Assembly (NCBI GenBank): GCA_951406725.2
Contig: OX597826.1
Span: forward strand, 13,640,001-13,704,000
DNA from: Octopus vulgaris
Lineage: Eukaryota
DNA length: 64,000 nucleotides
Direction of reading: 5' to 3'
This document shows positions 1 through 15,570 of this stretch, in pieces (position 1 is the stretch's first letter; each line of letters opens with the position of its first letter). The position numbers and the translations under genes were made by a program. The notes beneath the pieces are model-generated. The model made no database searches. It was not told where the DNA came from and saw only the letters and a list, made by a program, of their open reading frames with translations.

Positions 1-374
1 ACCTTTAAATGAAATTAGCTTGTTAATTCTATTTTCCCTGCTAAATTGCTTGTAGCAATAAAAATAAAAAAGTAAGCGAAAACAAAACGTAATATAATAA
101 AATACTTGAAAAATTAGATTTAAGTGCTTAATTTCAGATTGAGAGATTAGCTATCGCTTTACTTTATAATTGGTGACACGGTCGACAGTTAAGTGATAGA
201 TAAGTGGTGGGTATCCCGACTCTACGACTGTATTGTATGCTATCTCAGATTGGTGCTAATGTAATTTTGCGTTGGAGATCTAAGCAGCTCTTTTACATAG
301 ATAGATAGATGCATCCACATACACACACACACACACATACAAACATGCACCCCCACATACTCACACTCACACAA

Positions 375-507
<133 letters not shown>

Positions 508-512
508 CATAT

Positions 513-790
513 TCTAATATATATATAATAGACCTCTGTGTGTGTGTTCGCCTTTCACGCGTAAACGGCTGCACGAATTGGCTTCATACTCGGGGTGCAT
601 GAATAATTTTACCTAGGATACAATAATATGGTCTTGATTTATTTATTTTTATTAAAAATAAATAATATTGCTCTATATAAGATTAACTCCTTTAGAAAGG
701 TTTTTCAATATCTACTTCCGTTGATGACGTAGCAACTGCGGCGAGATAGACGCACACGTATATCTGACGTAGCAACTGTGGTTAGCTACA
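513..790 (+). mobile_element. Non-autonomous Helitron-like element 5' region (related copy at ~1561-1690)
   Basis: TC start, TATATATAA, then GTGTGTGTTCG..CACGCGTAAACGGCTG; a diverged paralogue lies at 1561-1690. Confidence 0.4.
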
Positions 791-1066
791 CAAATGTACG
801 TATACAATACGCCGTTGGTGAATATTTATATTTTAATCGCTTCTATTTCATTCAGTCGCATTGTGGCTTTGGTTCCTAGGGAAAATACATGGACGTCACA
901 GCTTCCTATATATTTTTTTGCTGGAAAATCTTACTCTTTCTGTTCCCCAGAGAAACATTTTGTTTCTTGGAACTACATTCTTTTTTGTCATTCTTCTAAG
1001 GATATTTGTTGTCTTTGTTACTATCTGTCTCTCTATTTATCTAAATCTATATCTCTCTGTCTGAAA

Positions 1067-1297
1067 GGCAGCGAGCCGGCAGAACCGTTAGCACGCCGGG
1101 CGAAATGCGTAGCCGTATTTCGTCTGCCGTTACGTGTTCTGGGTTCAAATTCCGCCGAGGTCGACTTTGCCTTTCATCCTTTCGGGTTCGATAAATTAAG
1201 TACCAGTTACGCACTGGCGTCGATATAATCGACTTAATCCTTTTGTCTGTCTTTGTTTGCCCCCTCTATGTTTAGCCCCTTGTGGGTAGTAAAGAAA
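1067..1297 (+). mobile_element. SINE family B (GGCGGCGAGCTGGCAGAA... head)
   Basis: Pol III-like head with GTTCAAATTCC B box and core GCCGAGGTCGACTTTGCCTTTCATCCTTTCGGG; at least 8 copies in the window. Confidence 0.85.
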
Positions 1298-1346
1298 CAT
1301 ATATCTGTCTGTCTCTCTCTCTGTCTCCCTATCTATCTACCTATCT

Positions 1347-1547
1347 CAGTGCTTTTCAAACTTTTTGCAGGAGCGGAACCCCAAAGAAACATTTCACTGG
1401 CTCGATGAACCCCTGTGCAATAATTTAATTGTCTTATGCACACATATCTGCACAGGAGAATTAAAAATTACTGCCGATTTTAGCAGTTTTGCAACTTCTT
1501 GCGGAACCCCTGGACTGTACTGGCGGGACCCTGGTTGAAAACCACTG
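1347..1547. mobile_element. hAT (Charlie-like) MITE
   Basis: TIRs CAGTGCTTTTCAA / TTGAAAACCACTG; 8-bp TSD acctatct / acctagct (7/8 match). Confidence 0.85.
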
Positions 1548-1746
1548 ACCTAGCTAGCTATGTGTTCGATTTTCTCGCGAAAACGGCTGCATGAGTTACT
1601 ACCATACTTGTGTGCAGGAATAATTTGACCTGAGACAGAATGATACGGTCTTGAATCCTTTTTTCATTAAAAATAAATAATATTACTTTAATAGAAATAT
1701 TAAAATTACTAAGTCTCTCTAAAGGAGATTACGGCAGCATTACTGG

Positions 1747-1937
1747 ATATTAATAGTTATCGCCATACTAATATGGCAGTCTATAAATATAAGACTAAAG
1801 CTGTCGCTGATTAGCTCCAAGAGGCCATCGTGTGTCATATAGCTAGCTAGAGGCGAAGGCCTCTTGGAGTTAATCAGCGACAGCTTTAGTCTTATATTTA
1901 TAGACTGCCATATTAGTATGGCGATAACTATTAATAT
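1747..1937. repeat. Fold-back element: 84-bp inverted arms with a 23-bp spacer
   Basis: 1747-1830 is the reverse complement of 1854-1937 with about 2 mismatches. Confidence 0.9.
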
Positions 1938-2904
1938 TACTTTATATCTATATATAAGATTCACTTCTTTACTAAATGTACTTTCTCTCACTCCTCTTGT
2001 TTGTGTAGTGCGGGTTGTGCTCTTCTGTCGGGTATCTGTGACACCTGTGGATTTTGTTCAAATTGTTTGGTATTTAAAGTACGAGTCTATCCTTGAATGT
2101 TTCGTGGGGGTGCCGGGTGTTGCATAATAGCGTGTGCAAAACTTTTGGAGGATTGAGGGGGAAGATATTATATTGTATCACTATGGTTTGTTATGAGGTC
2201 TGGTTTGAGTTTTCTGTTGTATTAGTTTTGTATTGTGTGCTGTTTGTGTAACGCAGGTTGTGTTCTGTCGGGTATCGGCTTTCTATAGCACATGTTGTGG
2301 GTTTTGTTCATATTGTTAGGTATTTACAGTGTGAGTTTATTCTTGTATGTCTTTTTTGGTGGGGTGGTCGTGGGGTGCATCGTAGTGTGTGTAAATCATA
2401 GATCAACTATTTCATAGCGTTTATGATTATTTGTCCGCCGTTCTTTCTCTTTTTTGGTTGGCTTTGTTATGGGTTCCGTTTTTACAGCGTTTACTTTTTT
2501 CACTGAACACCGCCGATAGACATATGTTGATGTTTCTTTCATAGTTACAATCATAATCATAAGTATTATTGATGCATCAGCGAGAGACCAAGAAGAATGA
2601 GTAATATGTATATATACACTAAATATATACACTAAAAAATAATAGGGTATCTAATCCTAGTTTATTCTTAAAAGTATTAACAGTAAAGAAAAACAAAACA
2701 AAAAAAATTAATTCTAAAAATTTTACCAAAAAAACAACTATAAAATTTTCTTTTATAAAAATTCACATCTTACTTTACTTTAAACCAAAACCTTTTAATC
2801 TTAATAATAAGTATAACAATTTAAAAGATAAAAACCAACCTGGTTTTCACCGGTTTCAACTCAGATCATGTAAAATTTTAAAAATCGAACAAAATATGGA
2901 TGCA

Positions 2905-3313
2905 TACTCTTTACTCTTTTACTTGTTTCAGTCATTTGACTGCGGCCACGCTGGAGCACCGCCTTTAGTCGAGCAAATCGACCCCAGGACTTATTCTTCG
3001 TAAGCCCAGTACTTATTCTATCGGTCTCTTTTGCCAAACCGCTAAGTGACGGGGACGTAAACACACCAGCATCGGTTGTCAAGCAATGCTAGGGGGACAA
3101 ACACAGACACACAAACACACACATACACATATATGTATACATACATATATACGACGGGCTTCTTTCAGTTTCCGTCTACCAAATCCACTCACAAGGCTTT
3201 GGTTGGCCCGAGGCTATAGTAGAAGACACTTGCCCAAGATGCCACGCAGTGGGACTGAACCCGGAACCATGTGGTTGGTAAGCAAGCTACTTACCACACA
3301 GCCACTCCTGCGC
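2905..3313 (-). mobile_element. tRNA-derived SINE family A (GGCGCAGGAGTGGCTGTGTGGTAAG head, internal CA/TA microsatellite, AAAAGAGT tail)
   Basis: A box TGGCTGTGTGG, B box GGTTCAGTCCC; at least 12 copies in the window. Confidence 0.9.
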
Positions 3314-3547
3314 ATATGTAATTAAAATGTAAAATTTAAAATTTTACTCAAAGGTTTGCAGTTTTCGTATAAAAATGTGTTTCCTGAGATGGCTTGCATT
3401 TAGACATAGATTCCTTTCATTGTTTTTGCAGATCCTTAATTTCTACTTCGTGATGGGTTTAGATTGTATCTATCTTCTCAGCAGCTCATTGTCTCACATC
3501 CATGCTATTTGGTATTCGCTGCGGTAGTCTCGTATAATAATAATAAT

Positions 3548-3921
3548 TCTTTTTATTCTCTTACTTGCTTCAGTCATTTGACTGCGGCCCCAGGACTTAT
3601 TCTTTGTAAGCCTAGCACTTATTCTATCGGTTCCTTAGGCCGAACCGCTAGGTTACGGGGACGTAAACACACCAGCATCTGTTATCAAGCAATGGTGGGG
3701 GGACAAACACAGATACAGAAACTTAAACACACACACACCTATAGATAAATATATATACATATATACGACGGGCTTCTTTCAGTTTCCGTCAAACAAATCC
3801 ACTCACAAAGCTTTGGTCGACCCGGGACTATAGTAGAAGACACTTGCCCAAGGTACCACGCAATGAGACCGAACCTAGAACCATGTGATTGGTAAGCAAG
3901 CTACTTACGACACAACTACTC

Positions 3922-3922
<1 letters not shown>
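3548..3922 (-). mobile_element. SINE family A copy
   Basis: Homologous to 2905-3313. Confidence 0.85.
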
Positions 3923-3981
<59 letters not shown>

Positions 3982-3992
3982 CATCATCATCA

Positions 3993-4062
<70 letters not shown>

Positions 4063-4285
4063 GGCGACGAGCTGGAAGAATCCTAAGCACGCCGGGTAAA
4101 ATGCTTAGCGGTATTTCGCCCGTTTTTATGTTCTGAGTTCAAATTCCGCCGAGGTCGACTTTGCTTTTCATCCTTTCGAGGTCGAAAAATTAAGTAGCAG
4201 CCACGTACTACTGGGGATTGACGTGATCGACTTAGACCCCCACCCCACAAATTTCAGACCTTTTGCCTATAGTAGAAGGGATTAT
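4063..4285 (+). mobile_element. SINE family B copy inside a (TTA)n tract
   Basis: Homologous to 1067-1297. Confidence 0.85.
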
Positions 4286-4715
4286 TATTGTTGTTGTTGT
4301 TATTATTATTAATATTATTTTTATTATTAATATCAACAACAATAATATTTTCCGTCTCTTGTAGAAGAAATTCATCGTATCTTCAAAACACTGTTTCGAA
4401 TTTCTAATTCAGTTTCTTCCGTTAATGGGTAACAATGTGAAATTATAAGATGAATCTAAAATTTCCCGTAGATAACAATAACTGCTGCCATCAGAAGGCA
4501 GAAGAATCAAGTTAGTTAAATGAGAAAAACAAAAATAGACAATATTGGTTATATTGGTTTATATAAACACTTCTCTCAAGAAAAGACATCCTGCCAATCT
4601 GAAAAGTTATTTTACAACGCCCTGAAGACATTGTATCACTTCTAAATTTATATTTGTAGGTAATTATAAAGGAATAATTACAAATATCGAAGAGGGCAAT
4701 GGGAAAAAAACTAGG

Positions 4716-4771
<56 letters not shown>

Positions 4772-4939
4772 ATTCACTCACTTACACACACACACATACT
4801 GTTAACTGCCATCGAGAGAGCTTTTGCATGATAACTCGACCTTCCGGAAATAGCTATACAAAAATCATCAGAATACAACTTAGGGTCTAAAAGGAAGGCG
4901 GGAAGTATTGTCATTATAACAGAACTTGATGGTCATGGG

Positions 4940-5017
<78 letters not shown>

Positions 5018-5020
<3 letters not shown>

Positions 5021-5414
5021 TTATATATAAAAGTGAGGTTGTGTGCTGTCTGTCTCCTACGATTTAGATTCCTAACTACTCCCACATTTTGCGGTGCAGT
5101 TTAACCCAAACCGGGTATCTTATAGTCGTGATTCATATCGAGCCCTTCTGGGTATTAGCGCGCGTCTACGACGAGTCTACGATTAAAAAAAAATTGACCA
5201 TCAATTTTTCCCATTTTTAATGCATCTTTGGCATATACAAGGGAAGTAACTCTCTAAAAATTTATTATTAAATCTCAGAACGTAAAAAGCTACAGTAACC
5301 ACCCCCCCCTTTGTGGTTAGCCATATTGAGATGGCTATAATACTTTACATTTCTAAAAACGCTTATATAGCTATTTCCCTTACAAACCCGAGCAACGCCG
5401 GGTGATACTGCTAG
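5018..5414 (+). mobile_element. Non-autonomous Helitron (family HelA)
   Basis: A|TC 5' end; 3' hairpin CCCGAGCAACGCCGGG followed by CTAG|T; homologous to 18072-18463 and 16690-16900. Confidence 0.88.
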
Positions 5415-5449
<35 letters not shown>

Positions 5450-5697
5450 AGGCACGTATCCAAGTCGGTAGACAATGAAACAACTTGCCTATCTAATTGT
5501 GACGTCTGTCCTCAAAGTGGTGCTCCTTTGTCTTTTGTTGACAGAACATTTTATGCTTCATTGCCTCATTTACAGCAGCCCATTCACACAATTGCGTACT
5601 TCCTCAGAGTCTCTGAGTGAAGAGCTATCCAACCAACACACATACACACACACACGTAGACCCGCATGCCCGCGCACGTATGTATATATGTATATGT

Positions 5698-5756
5698 ATA
5701 TAGATCTGGTAATACAGACAACGGAAATTAGAAGTGAACGCATGAATATCTATATG

Positions 5757-5804
<48 letters not shown>

Positions 5805-5847
5805 CATATATATATACATACATACATACATATATATACATACATAC

Positions 5848-5913
<66 letters not shown>

Positions 5914-5972
5914 TAATACAGACAACGCAAATTAGAAGTGAACGCATGAGTATCTGTATGTATATATACATA

Positions 5973-6008
<36 letters not shown>

Positions 6009-6155
6009 TGTATGTATGTATGTATGTATGTATGCATGTATGTATGCATGTATGTATGCATGTATGTATGGATGCATGTATGTATGTATGCATGTATGTA
6101 TATAGATCTGGTAATACAGACAACGAAAATTAGAAGTGCAAGCATGAGTATCTAT
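5698..6155 (+). repeat. Three copies of a ~50-bp unit (TGGTAATACAGACAACG..AATTAGAAGTGAACGCATGA) separated by microsatellites
   Basis: Units at ~5698-5752, 5911-5956 and 6100-6155. Confidence 0.85.
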
Positions 6156-6277
6156 ATTTATATATATATACATATATATACATGTTATATATATATATAT
6201 ATATATATTTGCCTGTTTGTTTGTACTCCACCTGCCTTCGTCTCTTGTTTATTTTCGTAAACCTTCCCGTTATATGT

Positions 6278-6400
6278 TTGCCTGCTCGCTTAGCCATCGG
6301 GGTGGCGTCATTTGAAGACTAAAACAATGCGAAGCGCATTGTGACCAGCGATTTGTAGCAACATCTGATAGCCTGGTCGGTCACGGTGATCACGGTGATA
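6278..6400 (+). mobile_element. Probable SINE 3' fragment ending in short tandem CACGGTGAT repeats
   Basis: GC-rich segment with a tandem tail; family recognised only tentatively. Confidence 0.4.
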
Positions 6401-6414
6401 TATATGTATGTATA

Positions 6415-6485
<71 letters not shown>

Positions 6486-7740
6486 AAAATATGTTTCAAA
6501 AAGAAAATAGAAACTAGATGTGTAAAAGTTATGGGGAAAGAAAGAGGGAAAAAAACGAAAATGCACATTGAATATCAAAATAATAAAGGCTTTCTTTAAT
6601 AAAAAGTAGTGATAAATAAATACAATTAGATGAAGTGAGATCGGATTAAGAGGAATTAAACTCATTATTTTGAATTGTTAAAGTGATTCAAAGTCAAACC
6701 TTTGTCCTCATTGCTGTTCACTGGCATTGAATGCGTACCGATTATCAAACAGTATCGGGTCTACTAGTCCCTGAGTAAAAGCATTGTGTAAGGGAGGTTA
6801 GTAGTTCTGGACGTGATGCAATTAGGGTTGATATAATACACTAATATGAATGGTATGCGAGTTAGTTTCATGTCCATAAAGCGCTTAGCTTTACGGCGTA
6901 TAATCCGATCACATAACCTGTTGGCTGCTTAAAACCTCTCTAGAATATGAAGGAGGAAATGATCTCGCTACTCAATGTCAACAACAGCGGATTGTCTCCC
7001 TTTGACAATCTATTGCAAATGACCCTTTTATCTTGAGGGTTCTAATAGCCCGGCAGGAATTTCCTGAAATGTAAGCACGCTCCGAAGACCTCTGTTCTAG
7101 AGTTAAGGACGTTCCCCGGGTCGAGCGAGTCCTTTAGAATCCTCGCTCGTTCCGCTCATATTTTAGGGACCGCACCCCATATATGCAGGGCCCCAACATC
7201 CGTAGAAGAAAGCGTCACAAAAATATTTAGTTTATCCATCCCTTTCTTTCTTAACGTAAAAAACGTCTGTAGGTAGGGCATTCCTTCAGTTAATAGATAA
7301 GCATTTCACAAGTTCACATAGGTACGTATGCATTTTCAAGTCACAGCCTTATATATTGTGAATAAGAGCACGAATCACTCCCCTCCAGCAAAATCAGCGG
7401 CTGTCTGTTTTTATATTGAGAGTAGCGACGATTGACTGCCATTTCTAGCAGGTAGGTGTCCTGTACCGATGAAGCGTAAAGACCCAGAAGCCATGGTTTG
7501 CTGGTCTTGCCAAGCTGAAGGGGTGAGATTTGCTCACTTACTCGCAATAAATCGGACACAGGTTGTGCGCCGTTTACGTTTTCCTAGGGTTAAAATGAAG
7601 TAACATAGTTCTTTACAGAACAGCCATGTTATAGTGGCCAAAAAATGTTACCGTCTAATATTGTTACTGCTTATATCTCGTTTAGACATTTTAGAGCTGG
7701 GTATTTTGCTCGCTTTTATATATATGTATATATATATGTA

Positions 7741-7826
<86 letters not shown>

Positions 7827-7844
7827 GAGAGAGAGAGAGAGAGA

Positions 7845-8040
7845 GTTTACGAAAACAAAAAACCCAATACAGGTGGTGTACAAAACAAACAGATGTATTA
7901 GTATAATGCTCAGGAGTAGAAAAAGTCTTTTACGTTTCGAGCCTACGCTCTTCTACAGAAAGGGACACAGAAAAAACAAGGAGAGAAATAAGGAGAGAAA
8001 AAAGGAGAGAAAAAATGTGTGGCTAACGATCTATCATGTC
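7845..8040 (-). mobile_element. Penelope-like terminal fragment with a variant hammerhead motif (7927-7962)
   Basis: Minus strand reads cttt-CTGTAGA-a-gagc/gctc-GAAAC-GTA-aaag; homologous to 20700-20888 and 37260-37420. Confidence 0.6.
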
Positions 8041-8041
8041 A

Positions 8042-8087
<46 letters not shown>

Positions 8088-8417
8088 GGCGTAGGATTAA
8101 CTAGCTTACGAACCACATGGTTCCGGGTTCAGGCCCACTGCGAGGCACCTTGGGTAAGTGTCTTCTACTATAGCCTCGGGCCGACCAATGCCTTATGAGT
8201 GGATCTGGTAGATGGAAACTGAAAGAAGCCCGTCGTATATATGTATATATATATATATTTATATATATATATATATATATGCATGTGCGTGTATGTGTTT
8301 GTGTGTCTGTGTTTGTCCACCAAACATCGCTTGACAACGAATGTCCTGGGGTGGATTTGCTCGACTAGAAGCTGGTGCCCCAGTATGGCCACAGTCAAAA
8401 GTCTGAAACAAGTAAAA
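8088..8417 (+). mobile_element. SINE family A copy (internally deleted)
   Basis: Homology to family A. Confidence 0.85.
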
Positions 8418-8437
8418 TATATAGATATGTATGTATA

Positions 8438-8522
<85 letters not shown>

Positions 8523-9271
8523 TTAAAATAATAAGGGTGAAAAATTGAATATTAATTTGATTAATATCAATTTAAAACCAGTGGTCTAACATATAGAAAA
8601 ATCTGTAGATTCAGAAAAATTATATTACATATTACCACTAGGAAAGGTATTTTCCTTTCTTAGTGGTAAGACCATAGGGGGTCGACTTCTAGCATAATGG
8701 ACGTCCACTTAGTGGTCATCCCTCTTATATGTACGTTATATATATACATACACACACACACACACACAGAGATTTCGCCGGATTTGCAGTTTGCCAACAT
8801 CACGTATTCGTAAAGGAACGGAGATGAATCATTTCGCCACTCCACGTGTTGTATGCACACAGTATGAAAACCACAGGTGAGTCTGCCCGGACACACGCCA
8901 CACCGCCGCCTACTGGCGAATACGCTTCGCATATACGTTAAGTATTTGTGATCAATAATGCTTTGTGCACCAGCACTGCTTCAATTTTTTATTTGAATTT
9001 ATCCATGCGTATACATTGTCGGTAAGGACAAACATCAAAGAATAACAACAGTAGCCATGACAACAACAGTCACCTGAAAAGCATCAGCATCAGCAGCAGC
9101 AGCATCAACAACAATGTGTGTTATATAATGGTTAAAGACGGCGGGGTAACGAATTTCTGAGCTAATTCCCATTGTCCCTTGTGTTGTTTTCTCCCTTTAT
9201 GCCTCAGTAGTCAATAGAGAAAAGATTATTATTATTATTATTATCATTATTATTATTATTTTTATTATTAT

Positions 9272-9640
9272 TCAGTAGTTTTATTTTTATAGCGTGCTTT
9301 CACTTCACTACCGAGCGCAGCTCTGTGTGCCTTAGGTATGTGCTGTGATTTGTTGTGATGCTTTGATGGTTATTGTATGGAAAGTGTTCTGCGTAGGATG
9401 TGTGCAGTGCCTAGTAGTGCAATTTTCTGTATGTTATATGTGTTTATAAGTCCTGGTGATGTTCTTATGTATTTGTCTGAATATTTTTTTTATCATGCCT
9501 AATGCACCTACTATGATAGGAATTGTTTCTGTTTTTAGATTGCACATTCTGGTTACCTCTATTTCCAGGTCTTTGTATTTTGAGAGTTTCTCCATTTGTT
9601 TTAGAGACACATTGTCATCTGCCGGTATTGATACATCAAT
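9272..9640 (-). mobile_element. R4/Dong-type RLE non-LTR retrotransposon 3' end
   Basis: Encodes KLSKYKDLEIEV...PIIVGALG...IQKIALLGTAHILRRTL; flanked by (TAA)n. Confidence 0.8.
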
Positions 9641-9667
9641 TCATTATTATTATTATTATCATTATTA

Positions 9668-9726
<59 letters not shown>

Positions 9727-9748
9727 GTTATTATTATTATTATTATTA

Positions 9749-9853
9749 TCTCTTTATCACAGATTTTGTTGGATCTCCTGGAATCTTACATGGATAGTAG
9801 GTTTACTACCTGCAGGCTACGGTATCATGATATTCGTTCTTTTCAGATATTTA
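9749..9853 (-). mobile_element. R4/Dong-type 3' UTR fragment
   Basis: Near-identical to 12052-12160; abuts (TAA)n. Confidence 0.7.
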
Positions 9854-9854
9854 A

Positions 9855-9910
<56 letters not shown>

Positions 9911-9911
9911 A

Positions 9912-10124
9912 GATAGCGAGCTGGGCGAATTGTGAGCACGCCGGGCGAAATGCTTAGCGTTATTTCGTCTGTCGCTACGTTCTGCTTTCAAATTCCGCCG
10001 AGGTCGACTTTGCCTTTAATCGTTTCGGGGTTGATTAAATAAGTATCAGTTATGCATTGGTGTCGATGCAATCGACTTAATCCCTTCCCCCAAATTTCAG
10101 ACTTTGTGCCTACAACAAAAAGGG
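9912..10124 (+). mobile_element. SINE family B copy
   Basis: Homology to family B. Confidence 0.85.
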
Positions 10125-10142
10125 TTATTATTATTATTATTA

Positions 10143-10189
<47 letters not shown>

Positions 10190-10217
10190 GTTATTATTAT
10201 TATTATTATTATTATTG

Positions 10218-10505
10218 GTACTACTGCTACATTTTTCATCGATTACAACTGCTTAACTTCCCAAGCTAACCTGTCATATCTCTCGACTTTTCTTTCTTCC
10301 TTATCGCATACCTTGGTGTCAGCTGGGCTTGCCGTATCTATGATCCAGCATAGTTTGTTTACTTTCTTCATTAAGACTATGTCTGGCATGCTATTCTCAA
10401 TCTCATGGTCGCACTGAATCATAAAATCCCATCTCTCCAATGATCATACATACATTGTCGGTAACCCCTAATTTGAGCACCATTTTCATATACCGCGCTG
10501 CTCTA
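10218..10505 (-). mobile_element. R4/Dong-type RLE domain fragment
   Basis: WDFMIQCDHEIENSMPDIVL...PADTKVCDKEERKVERYDRLA; paralogue of 10845-11060. Confidence 0.8.
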
Positions 10506-10507
10506 TG

Positions 10508-10608
<101 letters not shown>

Positions 10609-10624
10609 TATTATTATTATTATT

Positions 10625-11966
<1,342 letters not shown>

Positions 11967-11977
11967 CATCATCATCA

Positions 11978-12051
<74 letters not shown>

Positions 12052-12053
<2 letters not shown>

Positions 12054-12500
12054 CTCTTTATCACAGATTTTGTTGGAACTCTTGGAGTCTTACACGGATA
12101 GCAGGCTTACTACCTGCAGCCTACGGTATCATGATATTCGTTCTTTTCAGATATTTAATACTTTCCTAATTATCCTGGCCGTGCCAAGGAGGCAAAACTT
12201 TTGTAACAGTTCTACTGGGCACTCTTTTCCAATTTCCTTTATACCCCCTCTTGACGTCTTCTCACATTGTACCCAAGAACCCAACAATAATTGGCATTAT
12301 CTTCGCCTTCTTCATTTTCCATAGCCAGCTTATTTTGTATTTGAGAGGTTTGTATCTATCTTTTCGCCTTCTTCTCGGCTATTTATATGCCAAAGAGGCA
12401 TACAACATCAACTATATAGCATATATGGTGCACCACTAGGTTCTATCTGTTATGCTCTAGCACCTGATCAATTTGGATTGGGAAATCCCAGAGGATATTA
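12052..12500 (-). mobile_element. R4/Dong-type 3' end (different subfamily)
   Basis: PVELLQKFCLLGTARIIRKVLNI* plus 3' UTR abutting (TAA)n. Confidence 0.75.
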
Positions 12501-12509
12501 CTAGTCTCT

Positions 12510-12670
12510 AACGAGCTGGCAGACTCATGAGTATGCCGAGCAAAATGCTTCGCAGCATTTCGTCCGACTTTACGTTCTGAGTTCAAGTTCTACGGAAGTC
12601 GACTTTGCTTTTTATACCGTCGTGTCAATAAATTAAAGTACCAGTTGAGCACAGGGGTCGAGGTAATCGA
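12510..12670 (+). mobile_element. SINE family B copy (diverged)
   Basis: Homology to family B. Confidence 0.75.
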
Positions 12671-13521
12671 CAGCGAATTGAGAGCGGAAATAATCTACTG
12701 CAGCAAGAGAAACATCCTCTAAGTTCATCCAGCCTTACTGGTAAATTTTCGCTTCCGTTTATTCACTTCTTTACTTGAATTAATCCTCTCCACAAAGATT
12801 GTTACTTCTATCAAAGAAGAAGATTAGATATCGAGCGACAAACTCTAGCATGCTTGGACTTGCTTTGCTGGTCTTGCTTTGTTAAAACTATACTGATTTC
12901 TCCTTTTATTACAGCTGATGTTTCTGGTTTGGAGCGTTTTGCATTGATTTTAGATACACACTTTGACAATAACACTGATATAAGTTCGTAAACTTTGTCA
13001 TTTTACGTCCAGTTCGATTAGATACAAATTTAGAAATAAACAACTCAGTAATCAGAACGAACGAAATTGGAAAGAGAGGACATATTTGTCGAAATAGTTC
13101 TGAAAGGAGACATTTTAGCACAACAGATAGTATGCCACTGAATAATATTTGGATTTACCATTTCAAGGTGGAGCCCAAACGGTGGCAATTGTGATTACTG
13201 GCTAATCTTGTGGAACCCATTCGGTTGATTTATGTTTATAGGGGCCTTAACGAACTTAAGTCTGTAGCCAAATATTTCGATCGTACAGCATAAGTGAGGT
13301 AGACGCCATTGTAGATAAAATTAGTTGTATCATTCCAATGTATGACGAACACGTGGGCGTTATCAACTAATTTCTGTTCGACCACCCACTAATTAATACG
13401 CACAGTGATCTATATATACTAACACACACACATATACACACACATATATATATGTATGTTTGTGTATACATATATATTTATATATATGCTATGTATGTAT
13501 ATATATATATATGTATGTATG

Positions 13522-13555
<34 letters not shown>

Positions 13556-14026
13556 TGTATGTATGTATGTATGTATGTATGTATGTATATGTTTGTTTTG
13601 TAAAATTGTTTTGAAATAGTGCGTTGAAACAAATGTTGCTATATTTGGGGACGGTCATTTTGCTAATAAAAACATGGCCTATATATTTCATCTTCACTTT
13701 ATTATTACTAGTATTATTGAGTGAGAGAGCAATGCATGCCATCAAAATGACACTGGTCTACTTGTATACGAAGTCCAGTATACCCATCACGACTATCCGT
13801 CTGATAAAGGTACACCAGACATATGCATCACAACCGCATGTGCGCAACATGGTGATCTCATATCAATATAACCAGCCCATGACATTGTAGGTAGGACCCA
13901 GTCAGAATTTTCTTCAGGCTGAGTAGCCCATCCCGCTGAAAAGGTCCCTGAAAAGGTCTGTTTAAGGAGGATAGATGAAACATCCATGTTTCTAGGGACG
14001 TATTATTATCATTATTATTATTATTA

Positions 14027-14186
<160 letters not shown>

Positions 14187-15149
14187 CATTATGGTTGTTG
14201 TTGTTGTTTCTGATGTTATTGCTTATGTTCTTGTTAACTACTGTTTATTTGTCGAATGTCTTTCGTCACACATTCTGTGACCTCTTCAATGACTATCTTT
14301 TCTACCCTCGTGTCTCTTCTGCCCTCTACTTTTACTCCGCCCGCTTTATTCCATTTTGCCTCTTTTTGCTATGTATCGCCGTCAGCGGAACCGTTTGTCT
14401 CTGTGCATGGGTGTCTTGTGTACGTATGTTTGGGTCTAGGTTTCTATATTACACTGCCTTTATCATTGTCTCCCATTTTCTAATTAGTTGTAACCCAGTG
14501 TATCTGCATCATGAATAGTGACATATTTCATCTTTGTGATCAATAAATGAATATTTCAGGTTGATTTTCATCTGAAGCAGTGATTAAGTTTTCGTGAATT
14601 TCTTAGCTTTACTATAGTTTTGAATATTGATCGAAGTCAATATCTTTAGAGTCATAGAGTACTTGTAAAAGAAAATAATAGTGATGTTGTAATTCTCAAA
14701 AATCTGACGAGCAGGGAAACGAGTTTATATCGCTGGTCACACTATCGACAGATGTACTTCTGAGGTTAGTACCTCAAACACATGTTCGCTGCAGACAGGT
14801 CTGGGATGCTACGCTGCGCATTCAGTTCAACACCGGACGCTTCTATAGATAAAAGATCTGAGAAGGTGATAGGAAACCAAAGGTACTGGCATAAAATATG
14901 TTCGACGTAGTAATATTTATTGCTCAAGTGCCGCTGCGTAAACTTGTTAGACGAAACACCAGTAATGGCCGGTCAAAATGATGGCCAACGTTTTTGACAC
15001 GATATCCCAGCTCCAATGATTTTGAATACCTTTTAATTCAGTGTATCATCCAGTGTGAGCAAATACTTCTTGTTTAATGATGTCATAAATTGCGCTTAAG
15101 TAACTGTGTCTTTCATATGGACAAGTACAAATAATGATAATAATAATAA

Positions 15150-15542
15150 TCCTTTCTATTATAGGCACAAGGCCCGAAATTTGGGAGGAGGACTAGTCGA
15201 TTATATCGACCTCAGTGTTTCACTGGTACTTAATTTATTGACCCCGAAAGGATGAAAGGCAAAGTAGACCTCGGCGGAATTTGAACTCAGAACGTAGCGG
15301 CAGACGAATTACCTATTTTTTTACTAACCACAAGGGGCTACACACTGAGACGACAAACAAGGACAGACAAACGGATTAAGTCGATTACATCGACCCCAGT
15401 GCGTAACTGGTACTTATTTATTCGACCACGAAAGGATGAAAGGTAAAGTCGACCTCGGCGGAATTTGAACACAGAACGTAACGACAGACGAAATACCGCT
15501 AAGCATTTCGCCCGGCCTGCTTACGTTTCTACCAGCTTGCCT
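15150..15542 (-). mobile_element. SINE family B, dimeric form with duplicated core
   Basis: Core GAAAGGATGAAAGG..AAGTCGACCTCGGCGGAATTTGAAC occurs twice; same layout as 47783-48147. Confidence 0.85.
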
Positions 15543-15570
15543 ATATATATATATATATATATCGCCTATA

